Of a stretch of DNA of 64,000 nt, positions 1 through 13,770 are shown piece after piece. Under the pieces are notes generated by a model. That model searched no databases and was not told the origin of the DNA. It saw nothing but the letters and a program-made list of their open reading frames with translations. The first letter of the stretch is position 1; each line of letters starts with the position of its first letter. A program made the position numbers and the translations under genes. Source of the DNA: Callorhinchus milii (taxonomy: Eukaryota); contig NW_024704742.1 in assembly GCF_018977255.1 (NCBI RefSeq), positions 138,324,001 through 138,388,000 of the forward strand, written 5' to 3'.

Positions 1-916
1 CGTTTGTCACCTCCCACCTGGATTACTCCCAACTCATTCCTCGCCGGTCTCCCCAGCTCCACCATTCACAAGATCAGTTCATTCAGACTCTGCCGCTCGT
101 TTACTGACCTGGACCAAACTCCGTACCCACATCTCACCAGTTGTAGCCCTTGCTCCACTGGCTCCCAAACACCGGACGGATTGACTTCCAAGATCCTCAC
201 ACTCGTGTTCAAATCCCTTCACTCTCTGGCACCTCCCTATCTCTCCGATATCCTCACTCCCCAATCCAGCATCTGGCGCCTCCACTCGACTGGCACCGGC
301 TCCTGCTTATCCCTCGCACCTTCCGACCCACCATTAGAGGTTGCGCTTTCAGCCACTATGCCCTGAAACTCTGGAACACTCTCCCTCAATTCCTCCGCCT
401 TGCCCTTCTCTTCCCGTTTCCAAGTCCCGCCTAAAAACCTTTCTTTTCAACTGTGTTTACGGTCACCTCCCCAGCTCGGAGTCAGGCTCTGCTACTGTTA
501 AGCGCTCCGAGACTCTACCCTTTATGGAGGGCATTATATAAATGCAAGTTGTTGTTAACTGCCTTAAATGGGGTGCAGTGCAGCTTCGCAATAACACATT
601 TCACTGTGGTGTGGATTTACTTATAACATGGTTACACTGTGGAACCCACTCCTTGTGTAAGAGCACAGCTTGCTGCCCACATGTCAGCTGTTTTTTTTGA
701 GCTTGAAGGACTGAAGTTACCAGCTTACACAGCAAGGTCCCAGATACTGCAGGAAATGGATGATCAAATTATCATGTGATTAAGGCCAGGACATTGACCG
801 GGAGAAATGTGCTCTTTTACAGGACCAGGAAGAGGCCATTCAGCCTCTCAAGCCTGTTCCACCATTCTATAAGATCACGGCTGATCTGTACCTCAACTCC
901 AATTGCCCGCCTTTGC

Positions 917-1470
917 TTGTCGGCCTCCCCAACTCCTCCCTCCATAGGCTGCAGATCATCCAGAACTTTGCAGCCCATGTCCTCTCCCGCACCAGGCTCG
1001 GTGACCCCATCTCCTCCATCCTCGCCCGACTCCACTGGCTTCCCATCACACAGAGGATACAGTTCAAGAACCTTCAAAGCCCTCCATGGTCTTGCTCCCC
1101 ACGACCTCTCTGACCTCCTAACCCCCAACCATCCTGTTCGCTCCCTCCGCTCAGGGGGCTCCAGCCTGCTTCACGTTCCCCTCCTCGCTCACCCCACTAT
1201 CGGCGGGTTGGCCTTCCGTCACTCTGCCCCCACCCTCTGGAACTCCATCCCGCAGTTCATCCGTGTTACCCCCTCCCTCGCCACCTTCAAGACCCACTCA
1301 AGACCCTCCTCTTCGACTGTTCTTTCGATCTCCCTGTTTCCACCCCTGCTTTCCATCCTCCCTGACCCCGACCCCCAGCTCGGGTCTGTAACTCTTGTCT
1401 GTCCAGCACCTTGGGATGTCCTCCTGACGTGAAAGGCACTACAAATGTAATTTTGTTGTGGTTGTTGTCG
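917..1470 (+). mobile_element. L2 3' fragment nested in a CR1 3'-end fragment (~820-2075)
   Basis: [33 protein letters not shown] duplicated at both ends. Confidence 0.85.
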
Positions 1471-1511
1471 TTTGCCCCATAATCCCTTGATCCTCTGACC
1501 TAACAAACATC

Positions 1512-1816
1512 GGAGTCCTGTAGCTCAGTGGTTAGAGCACTCGCTTTGCAAGTGAGAGACCTGAGTTCAATTCCAGGCAGAGGGCGAAACCTTGGGCAAG
1601 TTTCCTTACTCCACACAGAGCCTAATAATAATCCCTCCAAAACCCAAAACAATAATAAATTGGTCATTTTCAATCTACGACTGTTTGTGGGACATTGCTG
1701 TGCGCAATTGGCTGCCGCGTTCGCCCACAAATATACAGTCAATTCACTTTACAGTATATTCTGTGAAGCGCTTTGGAACGTCCTCTTCTACATTGGATTA
1801 TTATTATTATTATTAT
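1512..1816 (+). mobile_element. tRNA-Ala-derived SINE, short subfamily
   Basis: A box TAGCTCAGTGG, B box GTTCAATTCC, TGC anticodon loop, Deu-like domain, (ATT)n tail. Confidence 0.9.
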
Positions 1817-3784
1817 CCACCTTAGTCTGGACAATGTGAATGGATACAGTCATAATCCACAGTCTTGTGGCGGAGAGAGAGAGAGAGAGACTTCCAGATT
1901 TCCACTACCTTTGGGTGAAAAATTGGCTCTGATTTCAGTCCAAAATGGCCTGGCTCTAATTTTAAGATGATGCCCCCACCCTGTTCTGGATTTCCTTGCC
2001 AGAGGAAATAGTTTCTCTGTAGCCGCCCTATCGAATCCCTTTAGCATTTAAAAAAAACTCAATTAGATCACAATTTCCAATAATATCATGGAATCTACAG
2101 TGATCACCTGCATAGGCACTGGCAGCACCTTGGTTTAAACTCTGGAACACTCTTCCTCTATCCCTCCGCCTTGCCCCGTCCTTCCCCATCTTCAGATTGC
2201 GCCTGAAGACCTTGCTATTTGACCGTGCCTGCGGTCACCTCTCCTGGCTTGGCATCGTGTTCCGCCACTGTCAAGCGCTCTGGGATGCTACCCTGCGTGA
2301 GGGGCACTGTGTAAATGCAAGTTGTTGTTGTAATGCCTCATCTGAAGGACAGTTCATTCAGCAACGTTGTGCCATCACTGTACTGTGTGATGGAGTGTTA
2401 GCCTAACCTGGGAGCTTTAGTCTTGGAAGTATGGCTTGAATTCACAACCTTTTGAGCCGATGCATGCAACAGCTTGGTTGTAGTGAACCAGAGTGGAATA
2501 AATGTTTTAAATGGTGCTCTGTTTTATTGGGTTCATGAAGTAAACAGATGGATCACATTGTCGACATCTCTCTGTAATATCCTGAACCACCTTCGCTCAA
2601 TGAGTAAATAAATTATAGATTTGATTGTGGTAACATGTTTATTGTTTTATAATATGCTGGAGGGCTGAGTGAGAAACTCAAATCTATAATAATGTGTCTG
2701 GTCAAAAACAACTTGCTCTTATGTAATGTCTTTCACTCAGAGTTAATGCCTTGATGCTTCACAGAGACACAGGAACAGGAGGAGGCCATTCAGCCCCTCA
2801 GACCTATTCAACCCTTCTATGAGACCATGGCTGATCTGTATCTCAACTCCATTTATCTGATTTTGCTCCATATCTCTTGATACCCTGACCTAACAAATAT
2901 GTATTCACCTCAGTCTTAAATCAGCCTTTTTGGGGGAGAGAGAGAGTTCCAGATTCCCACTACCTTTGGGTGAAAAACTGCCTCCTGATTTCACTCCTAA
3001 ATGGCCCGGCTGTAATTTTAAGATGATGCCCCTTATTCTGGATTCACCATCGGAGGCAATAGTTTCTCTGTATCTACCCTATTGATTCCCTTTATCACGG
3101 TAAACATCTCAATCAGATCACTTCTAAACTCAGGGAATACAGACCAAGTTAATGCAACATTGTCCTCATAATTTAACCTTTTAAACCCTGGTATCATTCT
3201 ATAAGTCCTGTAGCTCAGTGGTTAGAGCACTCGCCTCGCAAACGAGAGGACCTGGGTTTGATTCCCGGGCAGCGCAATATGTTGGGCAAGTTTCCTTACT
3301 CCAACGCCTCTGTTTATTGAACAGCAAGTAGGAACCTGGTTGTTAATCAATTGTCAGATTGCTTTTCCGGGGTAATAATGCCTTAAAAAAAATTAGCTGC
3401 TGCGTTTCGCCCACAAAATACACAGCAACTACACTTTACAGTGTATTCTGTGAAGCGCTTCAAGACGTCTCAAAGACGTGAAAAGGCTCTGTATCAAATG
3501 CAAGGATTATTATTAAAATAATAATTTTATTATTAATCTGGTAAAACTGCGCTGCATCCCCTCCACAGCCAATATATCTTTCCTGAATTTGGTATAAAGC
3601 TCTCTCTTCCTTCTTCTAAGTCATTTATATAGACGGTGAAAAGCTGAGGCCCCAGCAATAATAATAATAATCCTTGCATTTGATATAGCGCTTTTCACGT
3701 CTTCCAGACAGAATATGCTATAAAGTGAATTGACAGTATATTTTGTGGACGAAACGCGACAGCCAATTGCACACAGCAGTACAG

Positions 3785-4500
3785 ACCCCTGGGGGGACAC
3801 CACTATCTCGCCAATCAGAGAACGTTCCCCCTATCCCTACTCTTTTGTTTCCTGCCTCCCAACCAATTACCAAGCCACGTTGCGAGGTTACCTCCGATTC
3901 CACGGGCTTTTATCCATTTTTGCTCATAACCTCCTGTGCGGAACCTTATCAAATGCCTCTGAAAGTCCATGTAGACGACATCCGTAGACACTCTCTTATC
4001 CACCGTGTTAGTGACCTCAAAAAATTCAATTAGATTCGTCAGACATGACCTAACCTTCATAAATCCACGCTGACTCTCTTTGATTAGCTCATACTTGTCC
4101 AAGTGCTCAGTCACTCTGTCCCTGATAAGCGATTCCAACAACTTCCCAACAATGGAAGTGAAGCTGACAGGTCTGTACTTACCTGGTTTCTCCTTCCCTT
4201 CATTTTTATTTTTATAATGGAGTGATATTTGCAGTTCCCCCTAAGGGCACAATTCCTGAATGTAGAGCTTTAGAAAATTATCACTAACACATCTGCAATT
4301 TCCTCCCCTATTTCTTTTAATGCCCTGGGGTGGAAATTATCAGGTCCTGGAGATTTGTCTATCTTTAGCTCCATTATTTTCTCCAATGCCATTTTTTAAA
4401 TACATATTAAATCCATTAAGTACTTCTCTTTGACTTATTTTAGGATTCCCTTGTACCGCTGGTAATTTGGTCTCTTACTCTGTGTGAAAACGGATGTAAG
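3785..4500 (-). mobile_element. Degenerate CR1 RT fragment
   Basis: SQRGFMKVRSCLTNLIEFFE, VVYMDFQ. Confidence 0.85.
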
Positions 4501-4689
4501 ACCACCATTCCCTTATTATAATAACAATAATCCTTGCCTTTTATATAGCGCCTTATCACATCATTGAGACATCTGGAAGATGTGATAAAGCGCTACATCA
4601 AACGCAAAGATTATTATTATTATTATTATTATTCTGTAAAGTGCTTCCATAGATTTCTTACATGCGCCTACCTTGTGTAGAAAGTACTG

Positions 4690-5014
4690 AGGAGAAGCAA
4701 ATGTGCTATTTTGTTTATTTGACTGCTGGAAATGTTTTGCTGTCAAATTTGCAGCTGGGTTGCAGAAGGGGAAGGAAGAGGGAGGGAAGAGGGAGGGAGG
4801 GAGGGGTTTAGACATCGAGTGACTTTGATAAAAGTCTGCTTCTCATAAGTGGATCAGCAGCTCTGCTCGGAAACAGGGAATAGTGCGTGTCAGCCTCTGC
4901 TCCACTTAACTCCCACTCTGCTCCAACATGTGAGTGTGCCTTTCTAGTGCGGATTTGTAGCCCGAGAATGAGAGAGAGAGGGATCGGTCGACTCTGAAAC
5001 CATAGGAATTCCAG
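4690..5014 (+). promoter_or_regulatory. Candidate promoter and non-coding first exon (duplicate at ~53475-53798)
   Basis: Unique island among repeats, purine tract (GGGA)n, donor CAG|GTACGG at 5014 (alternative AA|GTAAGG at 5046); inferred from position only. Confidence 0.35.
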
Positions 5015-5612
5015 GTACGGTATGAACAACAGGCTGGATTTAACAAGTAAGGAAGCAACTATAGCGAGCGGTGAATAATGGTAGATTTATTAGGGAAGTC
5101 GTCATGGTGTGTTAGTGTGGACTTGTTATTGTGGATTTGCGTAAGTGACTTTAATGCCATCTGGGATATTCTCTGTCCCTGTCCTGGCATCACAAACAGA
5201 AGTAGAATTATAACTGCATTGGAAGAGCAAAACAAATGGGATACAGTTAATACAGTTAGCGTTATTATTATATAACTTAAAAGACATCCTCTTGACATGA
5301 AAGGCGCGATATCAATTGAAAAGATTAATAATATGCCTTGCGTTTGATATAGCACCAGGTCATGTTGTTGAGACGTGAGTTGCACACAGCAATTTCTCAC
5401 AAATAGCCATGTAGTGAGTGACCAGTTTTATCTGGGGGATTGGTGGGCTGGGCACCAAGGGAGAGAGAGAGAAACTCCCCTCTCTTTTTGAGTAGTGTTG
5501 AGCTCCGGGAAGCGAACCTCAAAAGGCAGGTGGGAGCTTGGATTAACATCTTATCTGAAAGCACCCCAGACAATTTAGTGCTCCTCTCGGTTTACACTGG
5601 AGCCTGGTCTGT

Positions 5613-5958
5613 AACAACAACAACAAGATTCCATTTATTGAGCGCCTTTCACGTCGGGAGGACGTCCCAAGGCGCTGTACAGTTGGGTCAGGACCCGAGG
5701 AGGGGGGAAATGGTCAGGGTGAGGGGAGGGAAGGGAGGGAGCGAGGAGGGGGTAGAGAGTCGAGAGCGGCGCTGAAGGCTGAAGGTCAAAGAGAAAGGTC
5801 TTGAGACCGGCCTTGAAGGAGGAAAGGGAGGAAGCGGCGAAGGCACTGGGGGATAGAGTTCCAGAGCCTCGGGGCTGAGAGGCTGAAGGCCACCGATGGT
5901 AGGGCGGTTGGGGCGGGGGATGTGGAGCAGACCGGAGCCGGAGGAACGGAGGGTAGTA
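5613..5958 (-). mobile_element. L2 3' end fragment, young subfamily
   Basis: Reverse complement closely matches 60150-60535; (CAA)n tail. Confidence 0.85.
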
Positions 5959-6619
5959 ATGTCAAAGTCAAAGTGCCCACGTGGGGCTTGAACTCACAAT
6001 CAAGAAACATTTGTGTATGTGTTTGTGGAGTCCTGTAACGTATTGGTTAAGAGCGCTCGCCTCGCAAGTGAGAGGACCTGGGTTTGTTTCCTGGGCAGGG
6101 CAAGGTTCCTACCCCACACGCCTTTGTTTACCTAGCAGTAAGTAGAAACCCGGTTGTTAGTCGATTGGAGGATCGCTTTCCCAGGGGTAATAACCCCTTC
6201 AAAAAATATAAATAACAAAAATAATTTGGTCACTCAATCCAAGACTTGTTTGTGGGACACTGCAGTGCGCAATTGGCAGCTGCGTTTCACCCACAAAATA
6301 TACAGTCAATTCCCTTTACAGTATATTCTGTGAAGTGCTTTGAGACGTCTCGAAGACGTGATATCAAATGCAAGGATTATTATTATTATTGTTGTGTGTG
6401 TGCTGGGGAGGGGAAACACTTCTGTTTACATGTCTATTGGGTGAAGTGACCCTGTGATACATTCCCTCGTGTTGGTTTGACTGTTGAGGGCAATCTGTTT
6501 GACACACATGCGGACGAGATTTGACATTCTGTCGAAATATCTCAATTGTTCTGTTGTCATGTAACTCTTTCCTCATCAGAGCTGTGCTGCTGTCACTGAG
6601 CCTGTAAAAGGCAGCCCAC

Positions 6620-7165
6620 CTTCAGCATGTTTCGCCGGTCTCCCTCGCCGGTCTCCCATCCACTACCATCCATAAAATCCAACTCATTCAAAACTCTGCC
6701 GCCCGCATTCTCACCCGCACGAAACTCTGCTCCCCGATCCCCCCAGTCCTGGCCAGACTGCACCGGCTGCCTGTCCCAGGGAGAATCGACTTCAAGATCC
6801 TCACCCTCGTATTCAAGTCTCTGCACTCCTCTGCACCCCCCGACCTCTCTGACCTCCTTCTTCAGCACAGTACCTGTTGCCTTCGTTCCTCCGGGTCTGG
6901 CCTCCTCCTCATCCCCCGATTCCTCCGCTCAACCCTCGGCGGCAGTGGCTTCAGTCACTACGCCCCGAAGCTCTGGAACTGCCTTCCTCACTCCCTTCAC
7001 CTCGCTCCCTCCCTTCCCATTTTCAGGTCTCTGCTGAAGACCTTGCTTTTCGACCGCGCCTTCGGTCGCCTTCCCACCCCTCCCCCTGGCTCGATCCCGG
7101 GATCCTAAACTGTAAAGCGGTCTGAGACGCCGTCCGACGTGGAGGGCGATATATAAATCCAAGTT
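6620..7165 (+). mobile_element. L2 3' fragment
   Basis: IQNSAARILT / RIDFKILTL-type sequence and L2 tail. Confidence 0.8.
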
Positions 7166-10100
7166 ATAGATTAATAGAATGTTATGACACAGAAGGAGGC
7201 CATTCGGCCCATCGAGTCTGTGCGGCTCTTTGACAGAGCGTCACTTTCATTAACCCCAAATCACCAGCTTTCTCCCCATAACCTGCAAACCCGTCTTCCC
7301 CGATACCTGTCCAGTCCTCTCTTAAAAGCTGTTATCGAATCGGACTTCACTGCCCTTTCGGGCGGATCATTCCAAATTCTAACAACTCGCTGAGTGAAAA
7401 ATTTCTTCTAACCTCCCCTCTGCTTCTTTTGGTAGATATCTTAAGACTGTGACCACGGGTCACAGACACACCTACCAGCGGAAATAGCTTTTCCCTAACT
7501 CGCCTGTCAAAACCTTTCATGATCTTGAAGACCTCTATCAGGTCCCCGCGTAACCTTCTCTGCTCTAATGGGAAAGGTCCTAACTTCTCCACTGTCCTCA
7601 TAGCTAAGGTTCCCCATTCCTGGTATCATTCTCGTGAATCTCCTCTGCACCCTTTCCAGTGCCTTAATGTCCTTCCTGAGGTAAGGTGCCCAGAACTGGA
7701 CGCAGTACTCCAGCTGAGGCCTAACCAGTGTTTTGTACAGATTAACCATAACCCCTACTCTTATACTCTATGCCCTACTAATAAAGCTCAGTACACCAAA
7801 TGCCTTTTTTACTGCCCTATCTACCTGCCCCACTACCTTTAATGATTCGCTTACTTGAACACCCAGATCTCTCTGTACGTTCACCCCCTTAAGATTGAGC
7901 TCCAAGTCTATATTGCCTCCTATCATTTTTCCTACCTAAGTGTATCACCTCACACTTATCCACATTGAAATCCATCTGCCACATGTCAGCCCATTCCACC
8001 ATTCTGTGTATGTCTGCCTGCAGTTGGTTACAGTCCTCCTCACTATTTACTGCCTGACCTAACTATATCATCTGCAAACTTGGAAATAGTGCTCCCTATG
8101 TCCAGATCATTAATATATATTAGAAAGAGCAGTGGTCCCAATACCGATCCCTGGGGGACACCGCTGCACACCTCCTTCCATTGCGAGAAACACCCATTAA
8201 CCACCACCCTCTGCTCTCTGTCACTCAGCCAGTTCCTAATCCAAACTGCCACTGTCCCCTTAATACCGTGGGCCTCTAATTTTTTATTAATCTCTTATGC
8301 GGTACTGTGTCAAAAGCCTTTTTGAAATCCATGTAAATAACGTCCACCGCATTTCCCTCATCAACCCTCGCAGTCACCTCTTCAAAAAATTCTATTAGAT
8401 TTGTTAGGCAAGATTTGCCTTTAACAAATCCATGTTGGCTGTCTCTAATTACCTCGTGTTCCTCTAAGTAGAGATTTATTCTGTCCCGGATTATGGTCTC
8501 CAGTAGTTTTCCTATTACCGAAGTTAGGCTGACTGGCCTGTAATTTCCGGGTTTGTCTTTCTGCCCCTTTTTGTAGAGGGGGTAACATTAGCCACTCTCC
8601 AGTCTCTTGGCACCACTCCTGTGTCCAATGACGATTGAAATATAATGGCCAAAGCCTCCGCTATTTGAACCCGTATCTCCCACAGCAACCTTGGGTGAAA
8701 CCCATCTGGTCCTGGTGACTTATCAATTTTGAGCCCAGTCAATCTTTTCAGAACTTCCTCTCTGTCTATAGTAATCTGATCTATTTCCTCTACCCTCTCA
8801 TCCAATACTGCGGCATTTGGGGCATCCATTTCCGTTGTGAAGACAGATGCAAAGTACTCGTTCAGTACATCAGCCATCCTCTGCCTCCACAACAAGATTG
8901 CCGTCATTGTCTTTGATTGGCCCCACCCTACCTTTAACTAACCTTTTTTCCTTTATGTGCTTGTAAAATATTTTAGGATTCCCCTTTATGTTACCCGCTA
9001 ACCTCTTCTCATGCGATCTTTTAGCCTGTCTTATCACTCTTTTAAGATCACTCCTGCATTCTCTATAATGCGCTTTGCTATCCTCAGTGTCTTGCGTCTT
9101 CCAATTGTCGTACGCCGTCTTCTTCTTTTTCATCCTAGACAGAATATCCCTGGTCATCCAGGCTGGCTTGGTTCTCGCACATTTCCCTTTTGTGGGAATA
9201 TATCTATTTAGACCTTGAGCTATCATATCTTTGAAGATCTCCCATTGCTCATGAGTCGTTTTATCTGCTCGTCTCACTTGCCAGTCCACCAACTCTAGGT
9301 CCCTTTTTAGCCCATCAAAATTAGCCCTTTTCCAGTCAAGCATTTTCACCCTTGACTGTACTTTGTCCCTGTTCATGAGTAATCTAAATCTAATAATATT
9401 ATGGTCACTGTTACTTAGATGATCCCCTACCGAAACCTGTTCAACCTGACCTATTTCATTCCCCAGAACTAAATCCAGCAATGCTTCCTTCCTCGTAGGA
9501 TTGGAGACATACTGCTTAAGAAAATTTTCCTGTACACAGTCTATGAATCTTTCTCCTGCCTTGCCCTTAGCGCTACTAAGGAGTCCTGTAGCTCAGTGGT
9601 TGGAATCCTGTAGCTCAGTGGTTATAGCACTCGCTTTGCAAGTGAGAGACCTGAGTTCAATTCCAGACAGGGCCAAACCTTGGGCAAGTTTCCTTACTCC
9701 ACACAGAGCCTAATAATAATCCCTCCAAAAAACAGTAATAAATTGGTCATTTTCAATCTACGACTGTTTGTGGGACATTGCTGCGCGCAATTGGCTGCCG
9801 CGTTCGCCCACAAATATACAGTCAATTCACTTTACAGTGTTCTGTGAAGCGCTTTGGGACGTCCTCCCGACGAGAAAAGCGCTATATCAAATGCAAGGAT
9901 TATTATTATTATTATTACTATTTTGCCAGTCTATATTGGGATAATTGAAATCCCCCATTATCACAACTCTGTTCGCCTATCTACATCTATCCGTGATCTG
10001 GTTGCAGATCTGCTCCTCTATCTCCTTCCCGCTGTCTGGTGGTCTATAGTAAACCCCCATCAGTGTAACCACTCCTTTCTTATTTCTTATCTCTAACCAG

Positions 10101-10430
10101 ATGGATTCTGTTGTCGGGCCCTCCAGAGCCTCGTTCCTTTCTACAGCTATAATTGTATCCTTAACTAATATTGCCACCCCTCCTCCTTTTCTTCCTTCTC
10201 TATCCTTCCTGAACACCTGGAATATATCCGGAATATTTAACTCCCATTCCTGTTCTGGCTTGAGCCATGTCTCGGTTACTGCCACCACATCGTAACCCCC
10301 TACGGCCAGTTGAACCTTCAGCTCATCAACCTTATTCCCTAAGCTACGTGCATTCAGGTGCATGCATTTGAGGAAATTGTCCGCTTGTACCTGCTCTACA
10401 CTTCCCACTTGTCTTTTTCCTCTAATCTCT
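7165..10430 (-). mobile_element. CR1-clade LINE, most of ORF2 (APE endonuclease + RT), frameshifted
   Basis: [76 protein letters not shown]. Confidence 0.95.
9581..9918 (+). mobile_element. SINE, short subfamily, inserted in the CR1 endonuclease region
   Basis: Splits CR1 ORF2; doubled head; TACTA on both flanks. Confidence 0.9.
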
Positions 10431-11276
10431 TAATTGTTGTTGTTGAATTTGTTGTTGTTTCAAAGAATATTCTTCAATTCCTGACATAAATATTACTGGT
10501 GCATTGCCTTTGTTTCAGGATATTGTAGTTCCGCTTCCTGGATTAGGGGAAATAAAAGCAATAATCCTTGCATTTGGTATAGTACCTTGTCACGTCTTCG
10601 AGATGTCTCAAAGCGCTTCACAAAATATAGTGTAATGTGAATTGACTGTATATTTATGGACAAAACGCGACAGCCAATTGCGCACAGCAGTGTCCCACAA
10701 ACAGTCGTGGATTGAGTGACCAAATTATTATTATTATTTTCTTTTGAAAGGATTATTATCCCCGGAAAGCGATCCGCCATTGACTAACAACCAGGTTCCT
10801 ACTCACTGCTAGGTAACCAGAGGCTTACGGAGTAAGGAAACTTGCCCAAAGTTACGCCCTGCCTGGGAGTCCAGCCCAAGTCCTCTCGCTTGCGAGGCAA
10901 GTGCTAAGTTACAGAACTCCACAAATGACTGTGTGTGGTTAAGGTACATTGATTGACTTTCTCTCTCACCCCAAACCTTTTCTACTTTTCCCCAATTAGG
11001 AATAATGTGTGGCTCATAGAACTTACTAGGGAGGCAATTTGCCTGTGCTGGCTCTCTGAAAGTCTTCTCAGTTTAGTCCCACTCTCCTGCTCTTTTCTCA
11101 AACCCTACCATATTTTTCCCATCACTTTTGCTTTCACTTTTGTGTCGACTGGTTGCAATGTGGTGCCGGGAGAGCACAGCATTGTTGGAGGATTATGTGC
11201 CATCCTTCAGATAAGACGTTAAACTGAGGTCCCATCTGTGCCTGTTGAGGTCAAAAGTAACAAAAGGTCTTTCCTT

Positions 11277-11935
11277 CAACAACAACAAGATTACATTTAT
11301 ATAGCGTCTTTCACGTCAGGAGGACGTCCCAAGTGTACAGCATTTCAGACCCAAGCTGGGGTCAGGGGGGGAGAAGGGAGGGGAAGGGGGGTGACCGATG
11401 ACATGCTCGAAGAGGAGGGTTTTGAGGCGGGACTTGAAGGAGGCTAAGGAGTGGGTGAGGCAGAGTGACTGGGGGATGGAACTCCAGAGGTTGGGGGCAG
11501 AGTGGTTGAAGGCCCTCCCGCCAATGGTGGGGCGGGTGGGTCGGGGAACATGGAGCAGGTCGGAGCCGACTGAGTGGAGGGAGCGGGCGGGTTGGTAGGG
11601 GGTTTGGAGGTTGCAGAGGTAGGGTGGGGCGAGGCCATGGAGGGCTTTATTGGTGAGGATCAGGATCTTGAACTGGATCCTCTGAAGGGTAGAGAGCCAA
11701 TGGAGTCGGGCGAGAGTGGGGGAGATGGGGTCACGGAGTTTGGTGCGGGAGAGGACACGGGCTGCAGAGTTCTGGATTATCTGCAGTCTGTGGAGGGAGG
11801 AGTTAGGAAGGCCGACACGCAGGGGGTTTGCATAGTTGAGCCTCGAGGTGATGACGGCATAAACAAGAGTTTCAGCGCCTGAGGGGTGAGATAGTGGCGG
11901 AGTCGGGCGATGTTACGGAGGTGAGGGAAGGCACC
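11277..11935 (-). mobile_element. L2 3' fragment
   Basis: Reverse complement of the L2 RT C-terminus; (CAA)n tail. Confidence 0.85.
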
Positions 11936-13770
11936 TATTCGAAATGAGTTTCTTCTGGGATCCTAGCCAACAATCCTTCAGATAAAATAGGTCTCCCACT
12001 TCATTTCTGTAGTTGGACGTTGCTTTGCAAAAATTGACGGCCGTATTCACCACCTAGTCCTGTAGTTCAGTGGTTAGAGCACATGCCTCGCAAGCGAGAG
12101 GACTGGGTTCAATACCCAGGCAGGGCGAAACGTTACCAAGTTTCCTTACTCCACACACCTCTGTTTACCTAGCAGTAAGTAGGAATCCTGTTGTTAATAA
12201 AAATAATGTTTTTTTATTACGACATACTACGACTGTTTGTGGGACGCTGCTGTGCCCAATTGGCTGCCGCATTTCACCAACAAAATATACAGTCAATTCA
12301 CTTTATAGTATATTCTGTGAAGCGCTTTGAGAAGTTTTGAAGACATGATAAGGCAATATATCAAATGCAAGGATTGTTATATTATTATTATCCCTGTGTT
12401 ATCCAGTGTCCCCTAAAGGGCTAGGAAAGATTTCAGCCAAGTGTGATTCTCTCTGTCAGCGCAGTAAAGCAGAGACGGGGACCGCAAATAGTTTTAGCTT
12501 TTAATCGACAGATACTTTGGTTTTAAAACACTCTCCTCCTTCTAATCGCTGTTCTGATGATTTGATCTCACATTTAATGCAGAACTGAGCTAAGCCTGAT
12601 CATTAGGTAGGTGTGGCCTTCAGCACCCAGACCTCTCCTTCAGTTTCCTTAAACAACCATGTTGATCCTCAAAGTAATTTAAGAAATGAAAAATGTGGCC
12701 AGGCTGGTCTTGGGAATAAAGGCAGATTTATTCGCAGATTATTGTTTTTGTAAGAGAAAGCTCCAGGGCAAGCTTCCAAAACAACTGGCACTTCCTACCA
12801 CCTTTCACATAGGGGGGGAACATCTCAAAGCGCTTTACAGACACAGTGGACGCCTATCAGAGCGGAGGTCTTATTAAAGAATTCAGGAGCCTATAAGCTT
12901 TATCGTGGAGTTCCTGTAGAATTTTGATTAGAGCGAACGAGAGAATCCGGTTTCGATTCCCAGGCAGGATGAACCCGTAGGCAAGTTTCCTTACTCCGCA
13001 CACCTCTGTTTACCAGCAGTAAACAGGGGTAATAATTTTTCACTTTTTTTTAAAATAATACTAATTTAGTCATTGAATCCACAACTGTTTGTGGGACGCC
13101 TCTGTGCACAATTGGCTGCCACATTTCACCAACAAAATATACAGTCAACTCACTTTACAGTATACTCTGTGAAGTGCTTTGAGATGTCTTGAAGACGTGA
13201 TAAGCCGCTATATCAAATGTAAGGATTATTATATATTATACAATTACTATAGAAGTACTATGTAAATGCAAATTGTGAAATGTACAGAAAACCAATTTCA
13301 AAATTAAGGCTGTATTAAAGAATTTGCCAAATTGTGTTTGTGTTTAAGGGGATTTTTATTCTTAGGAGATTTTAAACCGAGACCTCATGCGTGTCTTTTC
13401 AGGTGTATGTTAAAGATCCCACAACACTATTGGAAAAGAGAAGGATATTTCTCCCTTAGCTGGCAATCCTCCACATGAAATGATCACTAACTTCATAGCT
13501 GTCTGCAAATTTGCTGACACGCTTGCTTACAAATACACAAGCGACTGCACTTGACAGTAATAGCCTATGAAATGCTTTGAGACAGTTTAACATTGCGGAC
13601 AGTGTAATTACACATGCAGTCAAGCAACAACAGCAACAACTTCGATTAATATAGCGCCCTCCACGCCGGACGGCGTCTCGGAGCTTCATGTCTGGTTGTT
13701 CAGTGTTATTTCACAGTCCATTGAGAACCTTGATCTACAGATTAATCTGTCATCAGATTATGTCATTTAT

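Noticed and set aside
1512..1580. tRNA-Ala gene (and similar heads elsewhere)
   Set aside because: It continues into a SINE body and (ATT)n tail, and lacks a proper acceptor stem
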